Of a DNA stretch of 64,000 nucleotides, positions 29,512 to 38,842 are shown piece by piece (positions within the stretch are counted from its first letter, which is position 1; each line of letters begins with the position of its first letter). Position numbers and translations under genes: made by a program. The stretch covers positions 1,172 to 65,171 of the forward strand of contig CAZFTE010000001.1 in NCBI GenBank assembly GCA_964521785.1, given 5' to 3'. The notes below the pieces were generated by a model. It saw only the letters and a list, made by a program, of their open reading frames with translations. It made no database searches and had not been told where the DNA came from. Source of the stretch: an uncultured Lachnospiraceae bacterium (lineage in GTDB: Bacteria; Bacillota; Clostridia; Oscillospirales; CAG-272).

Positions 29512-30761
29512 TTTGAAAAGTCCTCCGTGATAAACTTGACAGCGTCTTCTTCCGTTGCGTTGTTTTTAACGTGAACGTCGCAAGTGCCTGTGTATATGCC
29601 GTATCTTTCCTCATATCTCTGTTTGAGCTTATCTTTGTCGGATGAAAGAGGTCTGTCGCTAGTGGGAACGATAAGGTCGATATCGCGGTCGATAAAGTAA
29701 AGTCTGCCGTTATGGCGCAAACGGATAACATTTTCTTCTCGAAGTATTGCGCCGCCGCCTGTGGATATGACCGCGCCCGTCTTATCGGCACAGATGTCTT
29801 TGATTATCTCGCTTTCGGCATCGCGGAAAGCGGCTTCGCCGTTTACGTTGATATAATCCGCGGGAGCACCGTATTTTTTCGTAAATTCTTCGTCAGTATC
29901 GATAAATTCTCTGCCGAGAGCTTCCGCTATGAGCTTGCCGATCGTGCTTTTACCGCTGCCGGGCATACCCGTAAGAACGATGTTCTCTTTTTCGTGGAGG
30001 ATATCTTTGTATATATTCTCCGTTACGGAATCGTCAAACTTTTCGTCAAGGAAAAGCTCTGCCGCCGCAACAGCCTGAGAAACGAGCATATAAAGACCGT
30101 TTACCGCAGGAATACCTCTCATCTGCGCTTTGCTTGCCAATGTCGTTCTCAAAGGATTGTATACAACGTCAACCAAGCCTTTAAGGTTCGGGAAGTTGTC
30201 AAAACTTACGCCTGTTCCGTCCCAAGGAGTGCCGTCGCACTTAGGATACATACCGCAAGGAGATGTATCGATTATGAAATCGGCATTTGCATAATCGCGA
30301 ACGGCGTCCGCGTAAGAGATAGCTTCGTCATGCGCTTCACATTCAACGAATCTGATAACGCTTGCACCAAGGTCCTCCGCTACTGCGCGAGCCGTTCTGC
30401 TCGTGCCGCCGTAGCCGAGTATAAGTACTACTGCGTCTTTAAGGTCAAAGCCCGCGCGCAAGATAAGATTTTTGAGTCCTATAAAGTCTGTGTTATAACC
30501 GTAAAGTTTGCCATCTTTGTTTATTGCAACGTTTACGGCGCCGATGCTCTTTGCCTGTTCGCTTATATAATAAAGATAAGGTATGATATCTCTTTTATAA
30601 GGTATAGTGATATTGATAGCGGTGAAATCGCGTTTTTCCGCGAAATCTTTAAAGTCTTCTTTCGCTACTTCTATGATATCGTATGTATATCTTCCCAATT
30701 TTTCGTGTATTTCCTTTGAAAAGCTATGGGGGAGCTTTTCACCGAGAACTCCGTATTTCAT
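29508..30761 (-). CDS. aroE: Fused shikimate dehydrogenase / shikimate kinase (AroE-AroK)
   Basis: N-part: HSFS, NITIPYK, GAVN, NTD, GLYMLVSQA. C-part: GMPGSGKST, DTD, FRDAE, TGGG, RPL. Confidence 0.92.
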   Translation of the reverse strand: MKYGVLGEKLPHSFSKEIHEKLGRYTYDIIEVAKEDFKDFAEKRDFTAINITIPYKRDIIPYLYYISEQAKSIGAVNVAINKDGKLYGYNTDFIGLKNLILRAGFDLKDAVVLILGYGGTSRTARAVAEDLGASVIRFVECEAHDEAISYADAVRDYANADFIIDTSPCGMYPKCDGTPWDGTGVSFDNFPNLKGLVDVVYNPLRTTLASKAQMRGIPAVNGLYMLVSQAVAAAELFLDEKFDDSVTENIYKDILHEKENIVLTGMPGSGKSTIGKLIAEALGREFIDTDEEFTKKYGAPADYINVNGEAAFRDAESEIIKDICADKTGAVISTGGGAILREENVIRLRHNGRLYFIDRDIDLIVPTSDRPLSSDKDKLKQRYEERYGIYTGTCDVHVKNNATEEDAVKFITEDFSK

Positions 30762-30827
30762 TTTTATCTCCTATCTCCTGATTTTCTTTCAAAGAAAAAC
30801 AGGCAAAAGAACATTTTTATTCCGCAC

Positions 30828-31919
30828 TTATTTTTTAAGTGCGTCTGTACCGTATCTTCCGGAGAGCATATCGCAGACTGCTATCGCCGCAAGGCTGTCC
30901 ATAACGATCCTTGCGCGGTGCGCGATACACGGGTCGTGTCTGCCCTCAATGGAAATATCTTTTTCTTCGTTGGAAACGAAATCTATCGTTTCCTGTTTTT
31001 TATATATAGACGGCGTAGGCTTGATCACCGTTGTGAAGAGGATGGGGTTTCCGTTCGTTATACCGCCGTTTACGCCGCCATTGTTGTTTGTTGTCGTGTA
31101 TACTTTTCCGTCGTTTATGCGGAAAGCGTCGTTAGCTTGGCTTCCGCGCATCTTTGCAAAGTCGGTTCCCGCGCCGAACAATACGCCTTTTACACCGGGA
31201 ACGGAGAACATCATGTGCGAAATGATGCTTTCGAAAGAATCGAAATACGGCTCGCCTACGCCGGCAGGTATGCCGATAATGACCGTTTCGAGAAGACCGC
31301 CAACGCTGTCGCCCTCAGATGCGGCTTTTTCTATCTCCGCACGCATATTCGCTTCGGAATCTTCCGAAAGCACGGGGAATACTTTACCGTAAAGCGCATC
31401 AATATCTTCTTTGTAATCGCCGAAGGCTCTGTCGGGGATACCCGCAAGCTCTTTTATGTGCGTTCCGATATATATACAGTTTTTGGCAAGAGCCGCACGT
31501 GCGATAGCTCCCGCCGCAACGAGCGCTGACGTTACTCTGCCCGAGAAATGACCGCCGCCGCGGTAATCTTCATATCCGTGATATTTGCAATAAGCCGCAA
31601 AATCCGCATGACCGGGGCGAGCAAGTCCGTATGTTTTTTTGTAATCTTTACTTCTTGTATCCGCATTGGGAATGATTATCGCGATGGGAGTGCCTGTCGT
31701 TTTGCCTTCGAAAACGCCGCTTGCGATAACATATTCGTCCTTTTCCTGTCTTGCCGTCGATATCTTGCCCGCAGGTCTGCGAAGCGTGAGCGCGTGACGT
31801 ATATCCTCGTCGTTCACTTCGATTCCGGGCGCAATGCCGTCCAGCACCGCTCCGATAAACGGACCGTGGCTCTCGCCGAATACCGTAAGGCTTACGGAAG
31901 TTCCAAACGTATTTTTCAT
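30828..31919 (-). CDS. aroC: Chorismate synthase
   Basis: FGESHG, RPGHAD, GGGHFSGR, GGVNGG, KPTPSI, GRHDPC. Confidence 0.96.
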   Translation of the reverse strand: MKNTFGTSVSLTVFGESHGPFIGAVLDGIAPGIEVNDEDIRHALTLRRPAGKISTARQEKDEYVIASGVFEGKTTGTPIAIIIPNADTRSKDYKKTYGLARPGHADFAAYCKYHGYEDYRGGGHFSGRVTSALVAAGAIARAALAKNCIYIGTHIKELAGIPDRAFGDYKEDIDALYGKVFPVLSEDSEANMRAEIEKAASEGDSVGGLLETVIIGIPAGVGEPYFDSFESIISHMMFSVPGVKGVLFGAGTDFAKMRGSQANDAFRINDGKVYTTTNNNGGVNGGITNGNPILFTTVIKPTPSIYKKQETIDFVSNEEKDISIEGRHDPCIAHRARIVMDSLAAIAVCDMLSGRYGTDALKK

Positions 31920-31929
31920 CTTTTTCTCC

Positions 31930-32949
31930 TTATGCGAATATTTTTGCCGTTTTTTCGCTTATCTCGGAAACGGAAAGTTTCTTTATCTCAAAAGAGCCTA
32001 TCTCGTTCACAAGCACCGCGTCTATGCCGTCCGAAGCGCTCTTTTTATCATGCGCTACTGCGTGCATGACCGTTTCAAGCTCTGCGCTGTCAAGTTTAAG
32101 CTCTGTGGGAAGAGCCGCTTTTTTCAATACGGGAATAAGTCTTTCCCTTACACCGTCCGAACACATCGGGAGCATACCGAGCGAAACACATTCGCCGTGA
32201 TAAAGCGCGCCCGCCCTCTCACTTTCTATACCATGACCGATGGTATGTCCGAAATTGAGTATTTTGCGAAGACCCGATTCTTTTTCGTCAAATTCGACAA
32301 CGTGCTTTTTGATGAGCAATGCGCGTTCTATTACATTATCGATATCCGCATAGATATCGTCTGCCGCTTCGAGCGTTTCAAAAAGTTCCGCATCAGATGT
32401 CGCGGACATCTTTATCGCTTCCGCCATGCCTGCCGCCACTTGACGCTTCGGCAATGTTTTAAGCACGTTCGAATCGATTATTACTTTTTTCGGCTGATAA
32501 AACGCTCCGATTATATTTTTATATCCTCCGAAATCGACTGCCGTTTTGCCGCCGATAGAAGAATCCACTTGCGAAAGCAACGTCGTGGGGATATTGTAAA
32601 AATCCACACCGCGCATATACATGGACGCGGCAAATCCCGAAAGATCGCCGACAACACCGCCGCCGACAGCTATAACGGCATCTTTACGAGAAAATCCCGC
32701 TTTCAACATCTCGGAAAGTATATTTTTGAGCTGTTCGAAAGATTTGCTCTCTTCGCCCTGCGGAATAACTATCTTTACCGCATATTTGGCAAAAGAAGCT
32801 ACCTTGTCCGCGTATTCGGACGGCACACCGCTGTCCGTAACCACAAGAACTTTGCGGTCCATGGGGATAAGTTCGCCGACGCGCTCAAGCGCGCCTCTTG
32901 AAAGTTCTATATCATAGCTTGAAGCACCAAGCTCTACTCTGATAACCAT
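31930..32949 (-). CDS. aroB: 3-dehydroquinate synthase
   Basis: GEESKS, GGGVVGDL, PTTLLSQVDSSIGGKT, LNFGHTIGH, HGE. Confidence 0.96.
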   Translation of the reverse strand: MVIRVELGASSYDIELSRGALERVGELIPMDRKVLVVTDSGVPSEYADKVASFAKYAVKIVIPQGEESKSFEQLKNILSEMLKAGFSRKDAVIAVGGGVVGDLSGFAASMYMRGVDFYNIPTTLLSQVDSSIGGKTAVDFGGYKNIIGAFYQPKKVIIDSNVLKTLPKRQVAAGMAEAIKMSATSDAELFETLEAADDIYADIDNVIERALLIKKHVVEFDEKESGLRKILNFGHTIGHGIESERAGALYHGECVSLGMLPMCSDGVRERLIPVLKKAALPTELKLDSAELETVMHAVAHDKKSASDGIDAVLVNEIGSFEIKKLSVSEISEKTAKIFA

Positions 32950-32971
32950 ATTATATTCCTCAAACCATACT

Positions 32972-34054
32972 TTATTTTACCGAATACGAACCGACGAGTT
33001 TGAGCCTGTCGCAAACATCGCAAAGCTCTTCCATCATTTCCTCGCCGTTTTTGTTTCTTATATCGCCCTCTGCTTCAAGGTAGAAGTAATATTGCCACAT
33101 AAGCTCGCGCATAGGTCTTGAATGAAGTCCGCGCATATTATATCCGTGTCTGCCGATGATATCCATCGCTTTTGCGAGCGCGCCCGCCTCGTTCTTAACA
33201 GTGAAAACGAGCATGAAATTGTCGTCCGGCTTGCCGCTGCGCTTGTTTTCGACGCGAGAGAGCGTTGCAAATCTTGTCGTGTTCATATTGCTTTCGTTTA
33301 TGCCGTGTGCAAGGACCGTAAGACCGTATATCTTTGCCGCTTCGTCGCCCGCGATAGCCGCCGTCGTCTTATCGCCAAGCTCCGCAACGTGTCTTGCGGC
33401 AAGAGCCGTATTCGAATATGACACGGGTGTGATGTTATGCTCTTTCAAATATACTGCGGACTGTTCCAAGGCTTGCGGGTGGCTGATAGCCTGCTTTATA
33501 TCTTCGAGCTTGCTTCCCGGTACGCCCAAAAGATTTTGCGTAACCGCCAGACCCAAAACATTGTTTATATAGAGCGTTCCGGAGAATATAAGGTCCATTA
33601 CCTGACCTACTTCGCCCGCATAGCTGTTTTCGATAGGCAATACAACGCTATCACATTCGCCGTTTGCAACGGCATTGTAAGCCGCCTCAAAGTTGGGATA
33701 TGCGATATGCTCGCCGTCAGGGAAAAGCTTTTCCGCTGCGAGAGAGGCGAACGCGCCAGGAATACCGCTGTATGCTATCCTTGCGCCGCTGATGAGCTTA
33801 TGCTGGAAATTGCGCGAAAGCTCCATGGTATACTTCAGATAATTTACATAATAGGAACGAAGTTCCTCGTCTTCGACAAGTGCGCTGTTCTTCGCAATAA
33901 CAGCGTCCTCGCGCGCGGTATCGAGGATAGAGAGTCCTCTCTTTTTCTTGTATTCCGCAACGGCGCGCACTGCATTCATTCTTTTGCAAAAAAGCTCCGC
34001 AATGCCTTTATCCGCCTCATTTATTTCTTTTCTTGCTTTTTCAAGTTCGTCCAT
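32972..34054 (-). CDS. pheA: Chorismate mutase / prephenate dehydratase (P-protein)
   Basis: N-terminal AroQ-type CM domain, PIENS..G, SHPQAL.Q, NTTRF and a C-terminal ACT domain (SRP). Confidence 0.94.
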   Translation of the reverse strand: MDELEKARKEINEADKGIAELFCKRMNAVRAVAEYKKKRGLSILDTAREDAVIAKNSALVEDEELRSYYVNYLKYTMELSRNFQHKLISGARIAYSGIPGAFASLAAEKLFPDGEHIAYPNFEAAYNAVANGECDSVVLPIENSYAGEVGQVMDLIFSGTLYINNVLGLAVTQNLLGVPGSKLEDIKQAISHPQALEQSAVYLKEHNITPVSYSNTALAARHVAELGDKTTAAIAGDEAAKIYGLTVLAHGINESNMNTTRFATLSRVENKRSGKPDDNFMLVFTVKNEAGALAKAMDIIGRHGYNMRGLHSRPMRELMWQYYFYLEAEGDIRNKNGEEMMEELCDVCDRLKLVGSYSVK

Positions 34055-34070
34055 TTCCGTTCTCCGTTCC

Positions 34071-35261
34071 TTAAATTTTTCCGTAATCTTCAGCCAACGC
34101 TTTAAATGCGGGCAACGCGCGTTCTATCTGTTCCGTCGTAACGCAATATGATATCCTTACATAACCTTCAACACCGAAGGAATCCGACGGCACGAGCAAA
34201 AGCTCGTGTTTTTTTGCTTTTTCGCAAAATTCGCTCGCATCATTTTCAAATGCTTTTACGAACATATAAAACGCACCGTCGGGATATACACATTCATATC
34301 CGTAGCTCGTAAGCTCTTTGTAAAGAAGCTGTCTGTTCGTATCGTATACCGTCGTGTCGGACGTTTTGCCCAGACACGCAGGAATGACTTTTTGCATAAG
34401 GCTCGGCGCGCAAACGAAACCGAGCGCTCTTCCCGCGCCGCAAACGGCGAAGAAAAGCTCTTTCCAATCATCGCATCTTCTCGAAACGCATATATAACCG
34501 ATACGCTCGCCCGGAAGAGAAAGAGATTTACTGAATGAATAGCACGATATCGTGTTATCGTAATAGTTCGGTACATAAGGTGCCGCCGCGCCTCCGTAAA
34601 CAAGCTCGCGGTAAGGTTCATCCGATATTATATATATTGGATGAGAATATTCTTTTTCTTTTGCATAAAGCAACGCGGCAAGAGCCTTTATGCTCTCCTC
34701 GGAGAATACGACTCCCGTGGGATTGTTGGGTGAATTTACTATGACTGCTTTCGTATGTTCATTTACCGCGGAAGCGAGCGCCTTCACATCTATCTGAAAA
34801 TCGCCTGCGCGGCACTGAGCCACGACGAGCTTTGCACCCGCGCTCTCCGCAAATACTCTATACTCGGGGAAGAACGGCGCAAGAGCGAGCACTTCGTCTC
34901 CCTCGCAAACGATAGCGTTAAGGCTCACCGTAAGAGAAGCAGCCGCACCGACCGTCATATAAATGTTGTCGGCTTCATCGTTCGTACCGTATGTGTCGGA
35001 AAGATATTTTGCGATAGCTTTTCTTGTTTCCATATCGCCGGGCGCGGAAGTATATCCGTGAAGATCTATCGGGTCTGCCTCGTCGAGCAATTTTTTGATG
35101 GTATCGTTTACAACGGGCGGCGGGCAAACGCTGGGGTTGCCCAAGCTGAAATCAAATACATTTTCAGCGCCGATCTCGGCTTTTCTCTTTTTTCCGTATT
35201 CGAATATTTCGCGTATCGCCGAGCTTTTTTTGCCCAGCGCAAGCATTTTTTCAGAAATCAT
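34071..35261 (-). CDS. PLP-dependent class I/II aminotransferase (probable aromatic/aspartate aminotransferase)
   Basis: NSPNNPTG, DEPY, SFSKSLSLPGERIG; first gene of the aro operon; start at MISEK after GGGAG. Confidence 0.88.
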   Translation of the reverse strand: MISEKMLALGKKSSAIREIFEYGKKRKAEIGAENVFDFSLGNPSVCPPPVVNDTIKKLLDEADPIDLHGYTSAPGDMETRKAIAKYLSDTYGTNDEADNIYMTVGAAASLTVSLNAIVCEGDEVLALAPFFPEYRVFAESAGAKLVVAQCRAGDFQIDVKALASAVNEHTKAVIVNSPNNPTGVVFSEESIKALAALLYAKEKEYSHPIYIISDEPYRELVYGGAAAPYVPNYYDNTISCYSFSKSLSLPGERIGYICVSRRCDDWKELFFAVCGAGRALGFVCAPSLMQKVIPACLGKTSDTTVYDTNRQLLYKELTSYGYECVYPDGAFYMFVKAFENDASEFCEKAKKHELLLVPSDSFGVEGYVRISYCVTTEQIERALPAFKALAEDYGKI

Positions 35262-35310
35262 AATACATCTTCTCCCAAATAAACGGTATATGCCGCATGA
35301 ATATTCATAC

Positions 35311-35452
35311 AAAAAACGCAGAATGCTTTTTTAAGCACTCTGCGAAAAATAAAGAGTGCCGCAAAAAGCCTGTGGCATTCTGCGGCACAAATCGTCTTTT
35401 TTAAAATCAAAAAAACTATGCGGAAAACAGACTGCCCTCATAAAGACGCAGT
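35311..35452 (-). promoter_or_regulatory. Attenuator of the aromatic operon (alternative hairpins and terminator)
   Basis: Terminator CGCAGAGTGCT/AGCATTCTGCG-U6 (35344-35311), antiterminator GCACTCT/AGAGTGC, protector GTGCCGCA/TGCGGCAC. Confidence 0.8.
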
Positions 35453-35494
35453 ATAATAATAAAATCGCATAGCATAATAATACAAGTTATTCAT
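35438..35494 (-). CDS. Tyr-rich leader peptide MNNLYYYAMRFYYYTASL
   Basis: AGAAAGGA RBS; 18 codons including two TAT-TAT-TAT runs and one TTT; lies between the promoter and the terminator. Confidence 0.85.
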   Translation of the reverse strand: MNNLYYYAMRFYYYTASL

Positions 35495-35541
35495 TATTAT
35501 ATCGTCCTTTCTTTATGCGGGATTTTTCCGCTTTTTGTTTA

Positions 35542-35570
35542 ATTATACACTCTTATGCATATCATGTCAA
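35542..35570 (-). promoter_or_regulatory. Sigma-A promoter of the aromatic operon
   Basis: Perfect TTGACA-17-TATAAT. Confidence 0.85.
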
Positions 35571-35598
35571 TATTTTTCTTGCAAAAATATTTCTTTTA

Positions 35599-36372
35599 TC
35601 AGTTTCCGCATTCAACGCTTATCTCATTGAACAGCGCCAAGATATCATCAACGTTCGTTTTTGCTTTTTCTTCGCCCGCTCTGTCAAGCACAGCATTTCC
35701 GTTGTGCATCATGAGCAAACGGTTGCCGTATTCAACGGCAAAACGCAAGTTATGCGTTACCATGAGCGCGGTAAGTCCTTTTTCTTTTACGACCTTATCG
35801 GTAAGCTCCATGATTATTTCCGCCGTCTTGGGGTCGAGCGCCGCCGTATGTTCATCAAGTATGAGCATATCTATCGGCGTCATCGTCGTCATGACGAGCG
35901 CCATAGCTTGGCGCTGACCGCCCGAAAGCAAACCTACTTTAACGTCCATCTTGTCCTCAAGGCCAAGACCGAGAGGAGCCAACAGTTCCTGATAATGAGC
36001 TATGCGCTTTTTATTCACGCCAAATCCAAAGCCCGAAAAAGCACCTTTCTGCTCCGCAAGCGCCATGTTCTCCGTTATCGTCAAATGAGGGCAAGTAACC
36101 ATCGACGGGTCTTGATATACTCTGCCGATCGTTTTATAGCGCTTAAATTCGGAAAGAGAAGTTATATTTTTTCCGCCTACGATTATATTTCCGCCGTCTA
36201 TCGGAATAGAACCGCAGATGATATTGAGCATTGTCGTTTTACCGCTTCCGTTCGAACCAACGACAGAAACGAACTCGCCTTTTTTCACTTCAAGCGAAAA
36301 ATCTTCGAAAAGAACAGACTCATTGACCGTTCCGCGGTTGAAGACTTTATATATGTTTTGTAATTCAAGCAT
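35599..36372 (-). CDS. ABC transporter ATPase (TrpXYZ-like)
   Basis: GSNGSGKTT, VYQDP, LSGGQRQ, LDEHTAALDP. Start at MLELQ. Confidence 0.9.
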   Translation of the reverse strand: MLELQNIYKVFNRGTVNESVLFEDFSLEVKKGEFVSVVGSNGSGKTTMLNIICGSIPIDGGNIIVGGKNITSLSEFKRYKTIGRVYQDPSMVTCPHLTITENMALAEQKGAFSGFGFGVNKKRIAHYQELLAPLGLGLEDKMDVKVGLLSGGQRQAMALVMTTMTPIDMLILDEHTAALDPKTAEIIMELTDKVVKEKGLTALMVTHNLRFAVEYGNRLLMMHNGNAVLDRAGEEKAKTNVDDILALFNEISVECGN

Positions 36373-37321
36373 CGTGTTTCTTTCCACCTTTCGAAACGGA
36401 GCGTTTACGCAAGAACGATGATATCTTTTCATTGAATATAAGTATAAGCGCAAACAATACCGCGTTGAGCAATTTGAGATATATTCCGTCCTTATCAACA
36501 AGTACAAGGTAATTGAGGCAGAGCGAATATACTATCGCGCCGATAACGACAGCCGTCGTTTCCTTGAGGAATTTGATATTGGAGAATATCGCAGTACCGA
36601 TTATAACGGAAGCGAGCGCAAGAACCGCTTTACCTGTGCCGGCGCTGTTGTCATATGACATAGTAAACTGAGAATATATCGCGCCCGACATCGCAACAAG
36701 ACCATTTGCAAGAGCAAGACCGAATATTTTGTAATTTCCCGCGTTTTTCGCAAGAGTTACGGCAACGCGCTCGTTATCGCCCGTTGCGCGGAGCATATAT
36801 CCCGCTTTTGTTTTGAGAAAAAGGTCAACTGCTATCTTCAAGACCACAACGATAACGAACAAGATAGCGATTATCATGTAGTCTTTGTAGTCTTTGCCGA
36901 ATATCTCAACGAGTTTTCCGTTGAATATACCTTCGAGATTCTCGCTTCTGTACGAGAATATCGTCGTTGTAAATCCGGTTTTCGTGAGGAGCTTTGTGAG
37001 CGCAAGGTTTATGGAAAGAAGCGCCGTCATAACGATGATACCAGAAAGAAGATTGGATATCTTGAATTTAACATGGAGTATGCCCGTTATCGCACCCGCC
37101 GCCATTCCGACGAAAAACGAAAGGACTATTGCAAGAATGGGGTTCATTCCGAGCTTCAACATAAGTATCGTGCTGATGACACCGCCCAAGGGGAACGTTC
37201 CGTCTACCGACAGATCGGGAAAATCCAATATGGAATATGAGATGTAAACGCCAAGCGCTATCACCGCGAAGCACAATCCCATTTGGAGACCGTCTATTGT
37301 TGTACCAAAAAATAATGACAT
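36365..37321 (-). CDS. ABC transporter permease (TrpXYZ-like)
   Basis: LDFPDLSVDGTFPLG, LRATGDN, LASVIIG; multiple TM segments. Confidence 0.9.
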   Translation of the reverse strand: MSLFFGTTIDGLQMGLCFAVIALGVYISYSILDFPDLSVDGTFPLGGVISTILMLKLGMNPILAIVLSFFVGMAAGAITGILHVKFKISNLLSGIIVMTALLSINLALTKLLTKTGFTTTIFSYRSENLEGIFNGKLVEIFGKDYKDYMIIAILFVIVVVLKIAVDLFLKTKAGYMLRATGDNERVAVTLAKNAGNYKIFGLALANGLVAMSGAIYSQFTMSYDNSAGTGKAVLALASVIIGTAIFSNIKFLKETTAVVIGAIVYSLCLNYLVLVDKDGIYLKLLNAVLFALILIFNEKISSFLRKRSVSKGGKKHDA

Positions 37322-37368
37322 ATCTTAAACCTTTCTGAAAAATTGCCTGGAAAAGCTTATCTTAATAA

Positions 37369-38334
37369 TTATTTCGCTTCGGCAACATCCGTCAAGGAAA
37401 TGCCTTCGGGAACGGTAAGACCCAAATTCTTGCAAACATCGCTGTTGTAATAATTTGTGGGGGCTGTGATAACGGCAACTGCGATATCGCTCGCGTTTGT
37501 TCCGTTCAATACTTTAGCGGCGGATTCGCCTGTAAGTTTACCTACGGCAACATAGTCGATAGACGCGCTTGCCGCACAACCTACTTTTACCTGCTCTATC
37601 TCGGAGCCGAATACGGGAATGTTTTTATCGTTTGTGATGGGGAGGATATTTGTTTCGAGCTTGCCGACTACCGTATTATCGAGGATATTGATAAAGCATT
37701 CGGTGCCGCGTTCGATAAGTTCCGTTGTTTTGGAATCGATAGTTGTGATATCCGCAACGGCGCTTGCGATTATTTCCATGCCGTTGTATTTTTCAGCGGC
37801 TTTTTTAAGGCTTGCCACCTGAACGGGAGAGCTGGATTCTTCTGTGGAATAAAGCACGCCTATCTTGAGGTCTTCTTTGCCCATGAATGCCGTTACGACT
37901 TCGAGCTGTTTTTCAAAATTGGGGATATCGGAAGAACCTGTAACATTTTCGTAGTTTTCCATAACGCTTGCGTCTGTAACAGCGCAGAATACAACGGGTA
38001 TCTCACCGTCGGACGCGGTAGCGGCAGTTACGGCAGAGGGAGTTGCTATGGCGATTATGAGCGCGGCTTTTTTATTGATGAATGTTTTTGCCTGAGACTG
38101 AGAAACACTTGCGTCGAAGTTGCTGTTTACATATTCGATGTTGTAATTTTCTTCTGTGATACCGTTAGCGGCAAGACCCTGCATAACGCCTTCGTAGCAG
38201 TTGTTGAGAGAAGCGTGTGAACCGAACTGTATGATGCCGATAGTGGGCTTATCGTCGGTGGAGCAAGAAGCGAATGAGAAGAGCATAACGGCGAACATTG
38301 CCGCTACCATGATCATAGAGATTATTTTTTTCAT
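37369..38334 (-). CDS. ABC transporter substrate-binding lipoprotein, probably tryptophan (TrpX-like)
   Basis: FASC lipobox, IGIIQF.SHASL, IATPSA, PVVFCAVTD, NVTGSSD, DNTV; Trp T-box upstream. Confidence 0.85.
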   Translation of the reverse strand: MKKIISMIMVAAMFAVMLFSFASCSTDDKPTIGIIQFGSHASLNNCYEGVMQGLAANGITEENYNIEYVNSNFDASVSQSQAKTFINKKAALIIAIATPSAVTAATASDGEIPVVFCAVTDASVMENYENVTGSSDIPNFEKQLEVVTAFMGKEDLKIGVLYSTEESSSPVQVASLKKAAEKYNGMEIIASAVADITTIDSKTTELIERGTECFINILDNTVVGKLETNILPITNDKNIPVFGSEIEQVKVGCAASASIDYVAVGKLTGESAAKVLNGTNASDIAVAVITAPTNYYNSDVCKNLGLTVPEGISLTDVAEAK

Positions 38335-38468
38335 GATAAAATTTCCTTTCGAGATTCAAAAATATTATTTATATTTAAATTTATTTTTAGATTTGTTTTC
38401 GGGCTTCGCCATCGTGAAGAAAAAATAAACATAAACAACTATCCTTTCAAAAATTTTCGGTTAAAAAC

Positions 38469-38732
38469 AAAAAACGCCCTAATGTCAACAAATGACATTG
38501 GGACGAAAATAAACATTATCCGCGGTACCACCCACATATTCGAAGAAAAAAACTTCGCACTTTTCGCGTACATTCATACACGGCGCAATGATAACGGCAA
38601 CGCACCCCGTCAGAGCCTACTTGAAAACGTTCGGTCTGCCCTCGGAAGTCCATTCACAGAAGTTCTACGCACTGCTTCTCACCAAATGCAGCTCTCTTTG
38701 CCGTTTCGCGACCGCTACTTCTCTTCCTCATA
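38469..38732 (-). promoter_or_regulatory. T-box riboswitch, Trp (UGG) specifier
   Basis: AGAGAG and GGTGAGA stem I motifs, GAA-TGG-A specifier loop (38652-38650), AGTA/CCGTTA, T-box GGGTGGTACCGCG (38533-38521), terminator 38505-38469. Confidence 0.9.
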
Positions 38733-38755
38733 GGTTTGATATATCTATTGATTAG

Positions 38756-38784
38756 ATTATAGCACACGCATTTTTATTTGTCAA
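38756..38784 (-). promoter_or_regulatory. Sigma-A promoter
   Basis: TTGACA-17-TATAAT with extended TG. Confidence 0.85.
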
Positions 38785-38790
38785 GGCAAA

Positions 38791-38830
38791 TTTGAGCTTT
38801 CCGCGTCAACATTAACGCAGAAAGCTCAAA
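38791..38830 (-). terminator. Hairpin after ridA
   Basis: TTTGAGCTTTCTGCGTTAA/TTGACGCGGAAAGCTCAAA on the minus strand (G-U compatible); weak U tail. Confidence 0.6.
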
Positions 38831-38842
38831 TCTTATCAAATA

